Numbered from the stretch's first letter, positions 23,642-34,616 are shown. The stretch is 63,929 bases of DNA from Akkermansia muciniphila (GCA_963622535.1 CAVFIO010000001.1:8141-72069); one strand, 5' to 3'. A program made the numbers and translations. The notes: a model not told the origin generated them from the sequence alone.

Positions 23642-24189
23642 CAGCAGAAACCTCCATCGGTGCGCATGATCCCTTTGGCCATTAAAATCAGATCACAAAG
23701 CTCTCTGACTGCTCCAAAGCCGCCGTTTCGGTGAAGAGTTATATCACATATTTTTTGAATATAGGGAGTTGCATCCTTAGGACATGCGGTAAAGCCAGCT
23801 TCATAAAACATAGGCAGATCATTGTGATCATCACCTATAGCTGCAGATTGCTCTCTGGTAAGACCTAATTTTTTTAAAAGCTCAATTACGGCCGGAGCCT
23901 TGTCACGCTGTCCCTGAATCACATGCTGAATATGAGTTTCCTCGCAACGGCGCTCTACAAGGTGTGACTGACGTCCGGTGATGACTGCGCATACACAGTC
24001 GCTGTGAGATTGAAGCTGCGTAAGTCCCAGACCGTCCTTGGTATAAAAACGCTTGTACTCACCTTGCTCGTTGTTTAAATAGATGCCGCCGTCTGTGAGA
24101 GTTCCATCGACATCAAGCATCAGGAGTTTGATGTTTTTCAGGCGGTCAAATACTGTTTGTGAAACAAGACCGTAGCAGGTGTCGATCAT
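23641..24189 (-). CDS. kdsC: KDO 8-phosphate phosphatase KdsC
   Basis: LDVDGTLTDG, DG.G, ITGR, GDD.ND, GG.GAVRE. Confidence 0.94.
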   Translation of the reverse strand: MIDTCYGLVSQTVFDRLKNIKLLMLDVDGTLTDGGIYLNNEQGEYKRFYTKDGLGLTQLQSHSDCVCAVITGRQSHLVERRCEETHIQHVIQGQRDKAPAVIELLKKLGLTREQSAAIGDDHNDLPMFYEAGFTACPKDATPYIQKICDITLHRNGGFGAVRELCDLILMAKGIMRTDGGFC

Positions 24190-24353
24190 AATTCTCTCCG
24201 TTAATATTAGTGGCAAACTATTGTAAGTGTGTATTACGGCTAGGTACTCTATCAGGTAAAATAGGCTCCCAAGATACTAGTAACTAATTATAGCCGTTCT
24301 TTCATGTTTAGCTATGTTAAGAACATCGGCTTTTGTGTTCATATGAGTAAAAA

Positions 24354-25154
24354 ATGAGCGACGACGCTATTGTCAGAGTAGAGGATCTGTCATTTTCCTA
24401 CACTGGCAAACAGATCTATAAGGATCTGACTGTAAGCTTTCCAAGAGGCAAGATCACTGCCGTGCTAGGACCGTCAGGTACCGGCAAAACCACCATCCTG
24501 CGTCTTATAGGCGCACAGCTGAAGCCTGATAAGGGGCATGTATTTTTTGATGGCAAGGATATGCATGCTTTAAATCGCAGTGAGCTGTATAAGATCCGTC
24601 AGAAGATGAGCATGCTGTTTCAAAGCGGAGCTTTGTTTCAGGATATGACTGTGTTTGAAAATACAGCCTTTCCTCTTGAGGAGCACACCAGACTTCCAAA
24701 AGAAATCATCAGGGATATTGTGCTGATGAAGCTTGAGGCTGTGGGAATGCGCGGAGCGTGTGATCTCTATCCGTCTGAGCTTTCAGGTGGTATGTCACGT
24801 CGTGCCGCCTTAGCCCGCTCCATCGTGCTCGATCCTGAGCTTATTATGTATGACGAACCATTTGTGGGACAGGATCCGATCACCAAAGGTGTTTTAATTG
24901 AGCTTATTGCAGATCTTAATGCTTCATTAGGCTTAACCTCCATCGTCGTCACTCATGATGTCAAGGAAACCATGAATATTGCGCATTATGTAGTGATCCT
25001 CTCTGATGGCAGGGTTATGGGGCAGGGAACACCAGATGAGATAACCCACAGCACAGATCCCCGTGTGATCCAATTCATCAATGGTGAGTTTGATGGCAAA
25101 TACGCCTCTTCATTAAAAGGCAGTGGCAGCTATCTGGAGGAGTTGGGATGTTAA
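24354..25154 (+). CDS. mlaF: Mla ABC ATPase
   Basis: [30 protein letters not shown]. Confidence 0.95.
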   Translation: MSDDAIVRVEDLSFSYTGKQIYKDLTVSFPRGKITAVLGPSGTGKTTILRLIGAQLKPDKGHVFFDGKDMHALNRSELYKIRQKMSMLFQSGALFQDMTVFENTAFPLEEHTRLPKEIIRDIVLMKLEAVGMRGACDLYPSELSGGMSRRAALARSIVLDPELIMYDEPFVGQDPITKGVLIELIADLNASLGLTSIVVTHDVKETMNIAHYVVILSDGRVMGQGTPDEITHSTDPRVIQFINGEFDGKYASSLKGSGSYLEELGC

Positions 25155-25921
25155 ATTTGCTGGGAGCCATGGGAAGATATTTTCTGCAGAAAACATCCTC
25201 TCTTGGACGCTCTTTCCTGATGCTCTTGAATGTGGTTTTTGTAAGGCCTGATTTCAGGCGTAATACATTACTGCTTATCAATGAGATCTATTTTATCGGC
25301 GTACAGTCGGTGATCATCATTCTGGTGTCGGGACTGTTTATAGGTATGGTCCTAGGTCTGCAGGGCTTTAATATCCTCAAGGATTTTATGGCTACAGGTT
25401 CTCTGGGAACCCTGGTCGCTCTGGCAATCATCCGTGAGCTGGGACCGGTAGTGGCTGCTCTCTTATATGCAGGACGTGCAGGCTCTGCACTCACGGCTGA
25501 AATCGGACAGCTTAAGGCCTCCGAGCAGATTTCAGCTCTGGAGATGATGGCGGTTGATCCTCTGCATCGTATCATTGCCCCACGTCTTTGGGCAGGAATT
25601 ATTTCTCTGCCTGTTCTATCTATGATGTTTGCTGTTATTGGTATCTATGGCGGCAAATTAGTAGGTGTTGACTGGTTAGGTCTTGATGACGGTATTTTCT
25701 GGTCAGGCATGCAAAGCAGTGTTGATATAGCAGACGATGTTATCCCTATGGTAATAAAATCGCTGGTTTTTGCTGTGGTATGCACCTGGATCGCTCTTTT
25801 TAACGGTTATGACTGCCGTCCTACGTCTGCCGGAATAAGCTCGGCAACCACTGCAACTGTAGTGCAGTCATCCTTATCTGTACTTGGATTGGATTTCATT
25901 CTTACGGCTTTGATGTTCTAG
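25148..25921 (+). CDS. mlaE: Mla permease
   Basis: RELGPV..ALL.AGRAGSA..AEIG, EQ..ALE.MAVDP. Confidence 0.95.
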   Translation: MLNLLGAMGRYFLQKTSSLGRSFLMLLNVVFVRPDFRRNTLLLINEIYFIGVQSVIIILVSGLFIGMVLGLQGFNILKDFMATGSLGTLVALAIIRELGPVVAALLYAGRAGSALTAEIGQLKASEQISALEMMAVDPLHRIIAPRLWAGIISLPVLSMMFAVIGIYGGKLVGVDWLGLDDGIFWSGMQSSVDIADDVIPMVIKSLVFAVVCTWIALFNGYDCRPTSAGISSATTATVVQSSLSVLGLDFILTALMF

Positions 25922-25932
25922 GAAAAAAGGTT

Positions 25933-26445
25933 ATGAAGTATTTAAAAGCTGAAATTATGGTTGGCATCTTCGTACTGGCAGGCATTATTGCCTGTGCGGT
26001 AATGTCTTTGAAGATTGCAGGTTTAGTGTTAAACACAGGCTCGGATTTCTATACCTTACATGCAAAATTTGACAACATCGGCTCATTGAAATTGCGTGCC
26101 CCGGTAAAGATTGGCGGTGTGGTTGTGGGGCGTGTATCTAAGATCAGCCTTGATGAAAAAAGTCTGGTTCCGGTTGTGGATATGGAAATAGAATCCGCAT
26201 GTAATACGCTTTCTAATGAATCTAAGGCCTCAATTCAGACTGCCGGTATTATCGGTGAGCAGTATATTTCCATCACACCAGGCTTCTATGATGAGGATCT
26301 TGGCTCAGAATATTTAAAAAATGGTGATTACTTTACTGATACAGGTTCGGCTCTGGTTTTAGAGGATCTCATCGGCAAATTCCTCTACAGTGCAGGTGAT
26401 GATAAGAAGAGTGACGGCACCGACAGTGCCAAGAGCGCTGAGTAA
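25933..26445 (+). CDS. mlaD: MCE-domain protein MlaD
   Basis: FDNIGSLK..APVKIGGV.VGRV, T.GIIGEQY, LEDLIGKF. Confidence 0.95.
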   Translation: MKYLKAEIMVGIFVLAGIIACAVMSLKIAGLVLNTGSDFYTLHAKFDNIGSLKLRAPVKIGGVVVGRVSKISLDEKSLVPVVDMEIESACNTLSNESKASIQTAGIIGEQYISITPGFYDEDLGSEYLKNGDYFTDTGSALVLEDLIGKFLYSAGDDKKSDGTDSAKSAE

Positions 26446-26505
26446 TTGCTAAGTACTGGGATTTAATATAAGTGGCAGACAAGCACTTTTTTCTGGAGAA
26501 TTAAC

Positions 26506-27108
26506 ATGAAGTTTTTTGCAAAGATTATGGCCGTATGTGCCCTGGTATTTACAAGCATGGTTGCAACTGCAGCCTCCAATCCGTATGAGGCTGCCAACGC
26601 TATTGCAAGACAGGCTTTTGCTGATTTGAAGGCCAATGCTGATAAGCTTTCTGATCAAAAGGTAGTGCTCGATATTATCAACAGGGATCTTTTACCCTAT
26701 GTTGATGTTAAATATGCAGCCTATAAGGTTATAGGAACCTCTCTTGACAAGACCTCCAAGGAGGAGCGAGAGGAATTTGCCTCCGCCTTTGGTGATTACA
26801 TGATGCGCTCCATGTCAAATGCCATTGGTAAATATACCAATCAGGATCTGACTGAAAGCCCTGTGCAGCAGGTTGCAGCAGATGCCACCATAGTTCCTGT
26901 AAAATACGTGCTCACAACTCCCGGTAAGAGTGATGTTAATTTCGTCGTTAAGATGAGACTTAATAAAAAAACAGGGGAATGGAAGGCCTTTGATTTAATA
27001 GCTGAGAACATCTCCATTCTGGATGCCAAGAGTGCAGAGCTTAGCCCCATCATTCGTGATAAGGGCATTAAAGAGGCTATCAAGGTTTTACAGAATAGCA
27101 AGGAATAG
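26506..27108 (+). CDS. mlaC: Periplasmic phospholipid shuttle MlaC
   Basis: Signal peptide, LLPYVD..YAA, WKAFD..AENIS. Confidence 0.92.
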   Translation: MKFFAKIMAVCALVFTSMVATAASNPYEAANAIARQAFADLKANADKLSDQKVVLDIINRDLLPYVDVKYAAYKVIGTSLDKTSKEEREEFASAFGDYMMRSMSNAIGKYTNQDLTESPVQQVAADATIVPVKYVLTTPGKSDVNFVVKMRLNKKTGEWKAFDLIAENISILDAKSAELSPIIRDKGIKEAIKVLQNSKE

Positions 27109-27356
27109 TGATGAACTCCTTTACCGAGCTTACCAAGGAATCAGTACCATCTCTCTGGGAGAGACGCAGTGAGTTGTTTGCCAAAGACAGTGTCTCTCTT
27201 GCAAATGTAACTGTCGATTCTGCCGGAGTTGCTTTTTTAGTGCGTTGGTCCAAATCCTTAGGAAAAGGCAGGCGACTTATTCTTCAGGATGCATCAGCAG
27301 ATGTTGTAAGACTGATAAACGTATTCAAAATTTCACAATTGTTTTCCATGGAGTAG
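27108..27356 (+). CDS. mlaB: STAS-domain protein MlaB
   Basis: L....VP.LW and VDSAGVA.L; follows mlaC. Confidence 0.82.
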   Translation: MMNSFTELTKESVPSLWERRSELFAKDSVSLANVTVDSAGVAFLVRWSKSLGKGRRLILQDASADVVRLINVFKISQLFSME

Positions 27357-27358
27357 TG

Positions 27359-27925
27359 ATGGATTCAGGAATTCCTCATTTTGAAGGCTTTGATGCAGAG
27401 CCTGAAGAGTATAGCCGTAGCGCCCATAAGCGTGAGGCTCAGGCACTGCGCAAACTTATTGAGGAGATTGCCAATTTAGGCGATCAAAGCTTCAAGCGTC
27501 TGGTATTACCAGAGGACGTGCGTGAGGCTATTGTGGTTGCAAGAAAGCTGCGTCCACGCTCTGATGAGCGTCGCCGTCAGCTTCAGTTTGCAGCCAAGCT
27601 TGCACGCGATTACCCTGAAACTGATTTTAAGACCCAGGTAGCTATGCTAGGAGCATCCTCTAAGGAAGATCCTGATATCATGCGCTTTGAAAAGCTTCGT
27701 GCTGAGCTTATTGAGAACGGGGTGGTTTGTGTCAATAATCTGTGCCAGATCTGTGGTGAAATTGACAGAAACAAGCTGCGTACTCTGGTAAAAAAAGCAA
27801 AAGAAGAGGCAGCAAAGGTTGATGAGGGGGCTGAAAAGCCTGCATCACGGGCTCTGTTTAAGTTTGTAAAGACTGAAATTAAAAAGGCAGGAATTGCAGT
27901 CCCTGCCACTTTGCTTGAGATCTAA
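27359..27925 (+). CDS. yjgA: Ribosome biogenesis factor YjgA (DarP)
   Basis: SRSAHKRE, RRRQLQF, E.LR..L, DR..LR.LV, R.LF. Confidence 0.85.
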   Translation: MDSGIPHFEGFDAEPEEYSRSAHKREAQALRKLIEEIANLGDQSFKRLVLPEDVREAIVVARKLRPRSDERRRQLQFAAKLARDYPETDFKTQVAMLGASSKEDPDIMRFEKLRAELIENGVVCVNNLCQICGEIDRNKLRTLVKKAKEEAAKVDEGAEKPASRALFKFVKTEIKKAGIAVPATLLEI

Positions 27926-27933
27926 AATCCAAT

Positions 27934-27966
27934 CAGGCCTCCTCAATATCCAGGAGGCCTGGTTTT
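27934..27966. terminator. Hairpin terminator between convergent yjgA and tldD
   Basis: CAGGCCTCCT...AGGAGGCCTG then TTTT. Confidence 0.65.
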
Positions 27967-27971
27967 AAGCT

Positions 27972-29420
27972 CTAGGCCTCAGTACCGCCTACGGTGATAG
28001 CGTCTATCTTTAAGGTAGGGGTGCCGATCCCGACCGGTACCGACTGGCCACCCTTGCCGCATACTCCAATGCCGCGGTCAAATTCCAGATCATTACCCAC
28101 CATAGATACCTGCTGCATGGTTTCCGGACCGTTGCCTATTAAGGTTGCGCCCTTGATGGGTTCAGCTATCCTGCCGTCTCTGATTCTATAGGCCTCAGAG
28201 GTGGAGAATACAAACTTACCTGAGGTTATATCAACCTGTCCACCCTTGAAGTTGACGGCATAAATACCGTCCTTGACGCTTTCAATGATTTCCTGGCGAT
28301 CATAATTGCCGGGCATCATATAGGTGTTTGTCATACGGGGCATGGGCAGGCAGTTATAGCTTTCGCGGCGGCCGTTTCCGGTTAGTGACTGCTTCATGAG
28401 CATGGCATTCTGTCTGTCCTGCATATAACCCTTCAGGATACCGTTTTCAATAAGGATATTTGATTGAGAGGGGGTTCCCTCATCATCGATGCTTGAGGAG
28501 CCGCGACGTTCAGGCATGGTGCCGTTATCAACGATGGTACAGGCTCCTGATGCAACCTTCTGGCCGATAAGTCCGGTAAAGTTAGATGATCCGGTACGGT
28601 TAAAATCACCCTCAAGACCATGACCTACAGCCTCATGGATGAGCACACCTGGCCATCCTGCACCAAGTACTACACTCATAGAGCCTGCAGGAGCTGCGGT
28701 AGCATCCAGATTTAAAGAAGCCACACGGACAGCCTCATGGGCAATACTCTTTAGGGTGCTTTCATTGGCTATTCTGTCCAGCATGAAAGCGCCACCTGCT
28801 GATCCAAAGCCTGTTTCACGTTTTCCTTTGTGCTCCATGGTGACGTTAGCTGCCAGAGACACTACAGGCTTAATGTCATAGGCCAGCTGTCCGTCAGTGC
28901 GTGCAACCAGGATCACGCGGTAGGATGTGTTAAGAGAGGCTATAACCTGAGTTACTCTGTTATCCTCGGCTCTTACCATTTCATCTATGGTTTCAAGCAG
29001 CTTTATCTTGCTTTCACGGCTCATTGAAAGCAGAGGATCTTCAGAAGAGTACAAAGGCTGTACTGTATACGGAGTAACAGCAATTTTTGATGCTGTAGAG
29101 TTTACTGTTGATATTGAGCGAGCTGCAAGGCATGCTTCTTTTAAGGAGGCCTTATCCAGTACGTCTGAGTACGAAAAGCCTGTTTTGCCACCGGTGACAG
29201 CTCTGACACCTACACCCTGAGAAATATCAAAGGATCCTCCCTTGATGATCCCCTCTTCTAAAACAAAACTCTCTGAGGAGACACGTTCAAAAAACAAATC
29301 GCCAAAGTCTATGCGGCGCTCTTGCAGCAGCTCAAGGGACTGTCTTATTGCGGCTATATCGATGTCGGAGTTCTTTAAGAGAATATCGTGTGCCTTTTGT
29401 TGGATCTCTTGCTTGTCCAT
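27972..29420 (-). CDS. tldD: Metalloprotease TldD
   Basis: [30 protein letters not shown]. Confidence 0.95.
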   Translation of the reverse strand: MDKQEIQQKAHDILLKNSDIDIAAIRQSLELLQERRIDFGDLFFERVSSESFVLEEGIIKGGSFDISQGVGVRAVTGGKTGFSYSDVLDKASLKEACLAARSISTVNSTASKIAVTPYTVQPLYSSEDPLLSMSRESKIKLLETIDEMVRAEDNRVTQVIASLNTSYRVILVARTDGQLAYDIKPVVSLAANVTMEHKGKRETGFGSAGGAFMLDRIANESTLKSIAHEAVRVASLNLDATAAPAGSMSVVLGAGWPGVLIHEAVGHGLEGDFNRTGSSNFTGLIGQKVASGACTIVDNGTMPERRGSSSIDDEGTPSQSNILIENGILKGYMQDRQNAMLMKQSLTGNGRRESYNCLPMPRMTNTYMMPGNYDRQEIIESVKDGIYAVNFKGGQVDITSGKFVFSTSEAYRIRDGRIAEPIKGATLIGNGPETMQQVSMVGNDLEFDRGIGVCGKGGQSVPVGIGTPTLKIDAITVGGTEA

Positions 29421-29438
29421 ATGATTACTCCACATCCT

Positions 29439-30023
29439 TTATTTGTTTGAAAAAAATGAAATTCCGGAAGCCTGAAGCAGCTTGCTGACTTCCTGCATGG
29501 GAAGTCCGATGACATTAGTCGGAGAGCCAGAAATCGAGCTGATTAAAAAAGCTCCCTGTCCCTGAATGGCGTAAGCTCCGGCTTTATCAGCACCTTCGCC
29601 TGTTGCAGTATATGCCTTCAGTATGTCATCGCTAAAATGTCCAAAGGTAACCCTGGTACATACCACCTGAGTGTTTATCTGCTCCTTATTTATAAGACAG
29701 ATCCCGGTAAAAACCTCATGGGTACGGTTATTCAGCTGTGACAGAAAGTCAAAGGCTTCATTTTTATCATGGGGTTTACCCATGATCCTGCCATCTAAGG
29801 CGACTACTGTATCGGCTGCAAGGATGAGGTCTTCTTTGTGTTCCAAAGATACGGCCAGAGCTTTGTCCCTTGATAATCTCTGCACAAGATCTGCAGGAGA
29901 TTCTCCGGCTCTTGCGCTTTCATTAATATTTTTAGTTATTACTTCAAAAGAGATCCCAAGCCTTGAGAGTAATTCCCTGCGGCGAGGAGATCCTGATGCC
30001 AAAATAAGCTTATTGTGCTTCAT
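29439..30023 (-). CDS. maf: Maf/YhdE nucleotide pyrophosphatase
   Basis: LASGSPRRRELL, ADTVV, DKAGAYAIQG, NVIGLP. Confidence 0.94.
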   Translation of the reverse strand: MKHNKLILASGSPRRRELLSRLGISFEVITKNINESARAGESPADLVQRLSRDKALAVSLEHKEDLILAADTVVALDGRIMGKPHDKNEAFDFLSQLNNRTHEVFTGICLINKEQINTQVVCTRVTFGHFSDDILKAYTATGEGADKAGAYAIQGQGAFLISSISGSPTNVIGLPMQEVSKLLQASGISFFSNK

Positions 30024-30531
30024 TATTTGAGGCTATCTTCTTACCTGTTAATGATTCTGTAATCACTTTAAAAAGCGGACAGCAGACAAACCATAATACT
30101 GCCATCACAAGTGACGGATAGATGATATTCAAAGAAAAGCTTGTCTGTAAAATCACATGTGCAAGCCAGTAACCGACGGTACGTATTACCAGTGCCACGC
30201 AGCCTACAACTATGGTTTGCTCCCACAGTGAATAGGTGTGAAATTTTTTAAACTGCCATGCAATGATGTACACCTGAGCGCAGAAGGTCAAGGCATTGAT
30301 GCCAAGAGGTGAGCCCGTTAGAAGATCGAGCGCCAGTCCTGTAAGCCAGGCTAATTCTATGCAGGTTCTGTTTCTCAATACGGCCGAGAAGAAAACCAGG
30401 ATAATTACAGGAAAATCAGGTCTGTTTTCCTGCAGGAAGCCTGGCAGACGCATGATCTCAAGCACCATTGTTATAAGGAGCAGAGGGATTATGAGCAACA
30501 GTGGAGAGTGTGCATTCTTTGAATTATTCAT
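30010..30531 (-). CDS. mreD: Rod shape-determining protein MreD
   Basis: RPD, AW..GL..DLL.GS.LG; hydrophobic; follows mreC. Confidence 0.9.
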   Translation of the reverse strand: MNNSKNAHSPLLLIIPLLLITMVLEIMRLPGFLQENRPDFPVIILVFFSAVLRNRTCIELAWLTGLALDLLTGSPLGINALTFCAQVYIIAWQFKKFHTYSLWEQTIVVGCVALVIRTVGYWLAHVILQTSFSLNIIYPSLVMAVLWFVCCPLFKVITESLTGKKIASNNEAQ

Positions 30532-31556
30532 GGTCTCTCCTCCTTCTTTACTGTTGATTCATTCCTGATCCTGTCCGTATTATCATTTGCAGGATCTGCA
30601 TTTTGCTCAGTTAAACCTACATGCGGTTCTTCTATGGACATGGAATCTACCAGCTGCTTGATGCGCTCACGTCGCAGCATGATCTTGTTATCAGTTGCCT
30701 CCTTTGGAGGTCTGGCATTAGGATCAAGCTGATCATCTTCATACCAGAGCAACAGCACATAGCGCATTGTACTGAGATCAACAGCAGGCTTTGCTTTGAT
30801 TGAGGCTAGGGGCTGGGATTTGGATACGCCCACAGCGGTGATGGTCGCTACAGGATAACCCTCGGGGAACACTCCTCCCAGACCTGATGTGATAAGTTTG
30901 TCACCTACCTTGAAATCGGCAGTTCTTGGAGCATTGTTAATTACCAGCTCATCTAAATTGTTATCACCGGTTGCAATTGCGCGGATACCGTTTCTTTCGT
31001 TGACCACCGGAATTGAGCTTAGAGGATCAACGAGTAATAACACCCTCGAGAAGGAGTAATTGGTGGATACAACCTGTCCTACAAGTCCTTCATCGTTCAT
31101 TACCGGCATTCCAACATATACGCCATCATTGGTGCCACGGTTTATAACTATACGGTGTGATGACACATCAGCATTAACATCAATGATTTCTGCAAACAGG
31201 CGCTTGGTGGTTTTATGAACAGGAGAATTTAACATGCGACGCATAGCTTCGTTTTCCTGCTCTAGCGACTTGAGGCGGAGCATATCTGCGCGCTGGATGA
31301 AATTTTCTGTAGACAGACGTTCGTTCTCCTCAAGAAGCTCGTTTGACGATTTGATGTGAGATGAGACAACCTTGGTTATCTTTTTGGGGGAATCTGCAAA
31401 GGCTAAAACCGGATAGAGGGCAGTTTCCAGATAATAGCGTACATTGCTCAGCGTTTTGGAGTTCATATCGATCACAATGAGAGCTATCGATATAATTGCC
31501 AAAATCACAAAGCGCACATGGATCAGCAAACTGTCCTTGCGTACTTGGTTAGTCAA
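30528..31556 (-). CDS. mreC: Rod shape-determining protein MreC
   Basis: TM plus coiled coil, INRG..DG, GLVGQV, TSGLGGVFP.GYPVA. Confidence 0.94.
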   Translation of the reverse strand: MTNQVRKDSLLIHVRFVILAIISIALIVIDMNSKTLSNVRYYLETALYPVLAFADSPKKITKVVSSHIKSSNELLEENERLSTENFIQRADMLRLKSLEQENEAMRRMLNSPVHKTTKRLFAEIIDVNADVSSHRIVINRGTNDGVYVGMPVMNDEGLVGQVVSTNYSFSRVLLLVDPLSSIPVVNERNGIRAIATGDNNLDELVINNAPRTADFKVGDKLITSGLGGVFPEGYPVATITAVGVSKSQPLASIKAKPAVDLSTMRYVLLLWYEDDQLDPNARPPKEATDNKIMLRRERIKQLVDSMSIEEPHVGLTEQNADPANDNTDRIRNESTVKKEERP

Positions 31557-31599
31557 GTAAGGATCCTAAGAAAAAAGGGTATATCTGTTAAAAATACTA

Positions 31600-31632
31600 C
31601 GGGGATCTCTTATAGTAAAACAGAGATCCCCG
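31600..31632. promoter_or_regulatory. Strong stem-loop between mreB and mreC (terminator or mRNA-stabilising element)
   Basis: CGGGGATCTCT...AGAGATCCCCG, 11-bp arms. Confidence 0.55.
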
Positions 31633-31656
31633 CCAATTATAAACTTAACTGTGCAA

Positions 31657-32706
31657 TCAGTTGAAAATCTCGTTTTCCTGAGCGTCGTACATCTCTAAGG
31701 CTTTGCCACCGCCACGGGCGACACAGGTAAGAGGATCATCTGCAATCAAAACAGGAATTCCTGTTTCCTCACGCAGCAATTTATCAAGATTGTGAAGCAA
31801 AGCGCCACCTCCTGACAGAACCATGCCGTGCTCATAGATGTCTGCAGCAAGCTCCGGAGGGCATTTTTCCAAAGCTGCACGTACAGCATTGACGATACCC
31901 TTGATAGGATCAGACAGGGCTTCCAGAATTTCATTGGAGTTTAAGGTAAAGGAGCGGGGGACGCCTTCAACAACACTGCGACCGCGAACTAACTGCTCGT
32001 GCATCTCCTGTTCAGAATAGGCAGAGCCGATTTCCATCTTTACGCGCTCTGCGGTGCTCTCACCGATCTCATAGCGCTTGGTATTGCGTACGTAATCCAC
32101 AATAGCCTGGTCAAAGCGGTTACCACCGATGCGTACAGATTCAGAGTAAACGATACCGTTTAGGGAGATCACTGCAATCTCGGAGGTACCGCCACCGATG
32201 TCGACGATCATTGAGCCTGTTGCCTCAGACACAGGAAGACCTGCACCGATTGCAGCTGCCATTGGCTCGGTAATTAAAAATACCTCAGAGGCTCCTGCTC
32301 CTTCTACTGATTCACGGATAGCACGACGCTCAACCTGGGTTGCACCGCAGGGAACGCACACCAATACGCGGGGAGATGGTTTGAAGGGCATGAAGTGGGA
32401 GTTGGTAAGTACCTTATCGATAAAGTACTGCAGCATTTTTTCTGTGTACTGGAAATCGGCGATCACACCGTCCTTCATGGGACGGATAACCTCGATGTTG
32501 TCAGGGTTGCGGCCGAGCATATCCTTGGCAGCTTTTCCCACAGCATATACCTTACGCTGAGTGCTACCTGATTTATCAATAGAAATTGCTACTACAGATG
32601 GCTCGTTCAGGACGATGCCCTTACCTTTGACATATACGAGAGTGTTGGCAGTTCCCAGATCAATTGACAGATCATTTGAGAACATGCTGCGTAATTTTTT
32701 GAACAT
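31657..32706 (-). CDS. mreB: Actin-like protein MreB
   Basis: [32 protein letters not shown]. Confidence 0.98.
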   Translation of the reverse strand: MFKKLRSMFSNDLSIDLGTANTLVYVKGKGIVLNEPSVVAISIDKSGSTQRKVYAVGKAAKDMLGRNPDNIEVIRPMKDGVIADFQYTEKMLQYFIDKVLTNSHFMPFKPSPRVLVCVPCGATQVERRAIRESVEGAGASEVFLITEPMAAAIGAGLPVSEATGSMIVDIGGGTSEIAVISLNGIVYSESVRIGGNRFDQAIVDYVRNTKRYEIGESTAERVKMEIGSAYSEQEMHEQLVRGRSVVEGVPRSFTLNSNEILEALSDPIKGIVNAVRAALEKCPPELAADIYEHGMVLSGGGALLHNLDKLLREETGIPVLIADDPLTCVARGGGKALEMYDAQENEIFN

Positions 32707-32859
32707 TTATACTGGGCCCTAGAGGGTAATGAACTGATGCACTTGTTTACATCAATTTGTTAAGGAATTTGGTGCGCAAAGTATATCATACAAAACGCGA
32801 TACTATGCGGGATTGCGTGCATCGATAGCGGTCAATTTTTGCAGTCTTTATAAATAATT

Positions 32860-32892
32860 AAAACCCGTGGATTTTAACTATGCCACGGGTTC
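32860..32892 (-). terminator. Terminator of ssb copy 1
   Basis: AACCCGTGG...CCACGGGTT stem flanked by A runs. Confidence 0.65.
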
Positions 32893-32915
32893 AAAAAAGC
32901 TACAAAAACTCTTGT

Positions 32916-33689
32916 TTAGAATGGAATATCATCATTCATTGTCATAGCAGGCTCAGTAGGCTCAGGTGACTGGGCGGTATATGTATTAGTCTGGGGCTCT
33001 GCTGTAGGCTGTGCGTAAGGAGACTGCATAGGCTGGCTCTGAGCTGCTGGAGCCTGAGCATAAGGAGGCTGCATAGGTGCACTTGGAGCTGCACCATAGG
33101 CGTTTTGCACCGGTGCAGAGCCTGGCTGACCTCCGTATACATTCTGAGGAGCAGCTGCGCCATAAGGATTAGCTGCCGGTGCCTGCTGACCATAACCTGC
33201 AGCACCCTGAGCACCGTAAGGATTTGATGCCTGTTGAGTCTGGGCACCGTAGGCAGGGGCTGCTTTCTGAGCCCAGGGGTTACTGCCTGCTGACTGATAA
33301 GAGCTGTTAGCCGCACCCTGCTGTGCATATCCGCCTGCTGTTGCAGTACCGCCCTGTCTTGAGCCAAGCATCTGCATTTCGTCAGCAACAACCTCGGTCA
33401 CGTAGTGCTTCTGACCGTCTTTATCATAGGAGCGGGTACGAAGTTTGCCTTCGATATATATCTGAGAGCCCTTGTGAAGATACTGGCCTGCGATTTCTGC
33501 AAGCTTGTTCCACATGGTGACGCGATGCCATTCTGCAAACTCGGTGTACTCACCAGTCTCTGAGTTACGACGCATTTCGTTAGTAACCATGGAAATAGAT
33601 GCTACGCTTTTACCGCTGGTTGTCTGTCTAACGGTGGGTTCATCTCCTAAATTACCGATGAGAATGACTTTATTAACGCCTCGTGCCAT
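32916..33689 (-). CDS. ssb: Single-stranded DNA-binding protein, long-linker paralog
   Basis: [32 protein letters not shown]-terminal DDIPF. Confidence 0.96.
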   Translation of the reverse strand: MARGVNKVILIGNLGDEPTVRQTTSGKSVASISMVTNEMRRNSETGEYTEFAEWHRVTMWNKLAEIAGQYLHKGSQIYIEGKLRTRSYDKDGQKHYVTEVVADEMQMLGSRQGGTATAGGYAQQGAANSSYQSAGSNPWAQKAAPAYGAQTQQASNPYGAQGAAGYGQQAPAANPYGAAAPQNVYGGQPGSAPVQNAYGAAPSAPMQPPYAQAPAAQSQPMQSPYAQPTAEPQTNTYTAQSPEPTEPAMTMNDDIPF

Positions 33690-33916
33690 GATTTAATTCC
33701 TGTATTTTAAGTACCGTAATGAATAATATTTGCTGTGCTAACTTTACAGCATTACAGCGTGATTTTCACTCATTAATTGAACTTTGTTGCAAAATTGAGG
33801 ATTATCTCAAGAAGTAGTGCTGAAAATAAAAAAGTTCTTGAAAAATAAATAGTTAAATTAAAAGTAATACAAGCCTGCAGTGTTTGAATACCACAGGCTT
33901 GGATGACTGATTCTCT

Positions 33917-34366
33917 CTAAAAAGGGATCTCGGAGGGATCGAAGGTGTCATTGACAGAGGCCGGCTCTATTGCTTTTGGAGCCTGAGGTTTCTGATAAGT
34001 ATTTGGACTGCGATCTGCAATACCGCTGTTGCTCTTACCTCCTAGCATCTGCATGTCATCTGCTACAACCTCTGTGACGTAGTGCTTCTGACCGTTTTTG
34101 TCATAGGAGCGGGTACGTAATTTACCCTCAACATAGATGAGAGAGCCTTTGTGGAGGTATTTATTTGCTGTTTCTGCAAGCTTGTTCCACATTACAATGT
34201 GATGCCATTCGGATGTTTCTATGATATCCCCGGTATCAACATTACGGCGGGCTTCATTTGTCACTATGGATAATGTGGCTACGTTTTTGCCACTTGGAGT
34301 TGTTCTGATGGTAGGCTCATCGCCTAAGGTTCCAATGAGCAGAACCTTGTTAAGACCTCGTGCCAT
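33917..34366 (-). CDS. ssb: Single-stranded DNA-binding protein, short paralog
   Basis: RGLNKV.LIG, EWHH, EGKLRTR, C-terminal SEIPF; GGAGAGG upstream of ATG 34366. Confidence 0.93.
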   Translation of the reverse strand: MARGLNKVLLIGTLGDEPTIRTTPSGKNVATLSIVTNEARRNVDTGDIIETSEWHHIVMWNKLAETANKYLHKGSLIYVEGKLRTRSYDKNGQKHYVTEVVADDMQMLGGKSNSGIADRSPNTYQKPQAPKAIEPASVNDTFDPSEIPF

Positions 34367-34476
34367 AATCCTCTCCCTATGTGTTTGCTGGTAGTGCAAC
34401 ATACTGCATTTGTTAAAACTGCATTGTTGCAACTGCTATCCTAACATTTTTGATAAAAAAAACATTGTTTACATAG

Positions 34477-34492
34477 CTGTATTTACATACCT
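34477..34492. promoter_or_regulatory. Degenerate LexA/SOS-box-like site between ssb and uvrA
   Basis: CTGTATTTACATACCT versus CTGT-N8-ACAG; right half-site imperfect but at the expected position. Confidence 0.3.
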
Positions 34493-34616
34493 GTCTAAAA
34501 AAAGCTTATCCAGGCTGTAAATTAGGTCCTAGTGTTAAAATGGGACTTCTTTCAGGTTACTGTCAGCCATGTAGCTGGAATTTGAAAAAATTTGATAACT
34601 TATTGATATTTAAAGA

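Noticed and set aside
27245..27358. N-terminal extension of the yjgA ORF overlapping mlaB
   Set aside because: Artifact of an upstream TTG; ATG 27359 with GGAG upstream is the plausible start
34406..34440. Short ACTGCATT direct repeats upstream of the short ssb
   Set aside because: Two copies plus a partial one; too short to distinguish from chance
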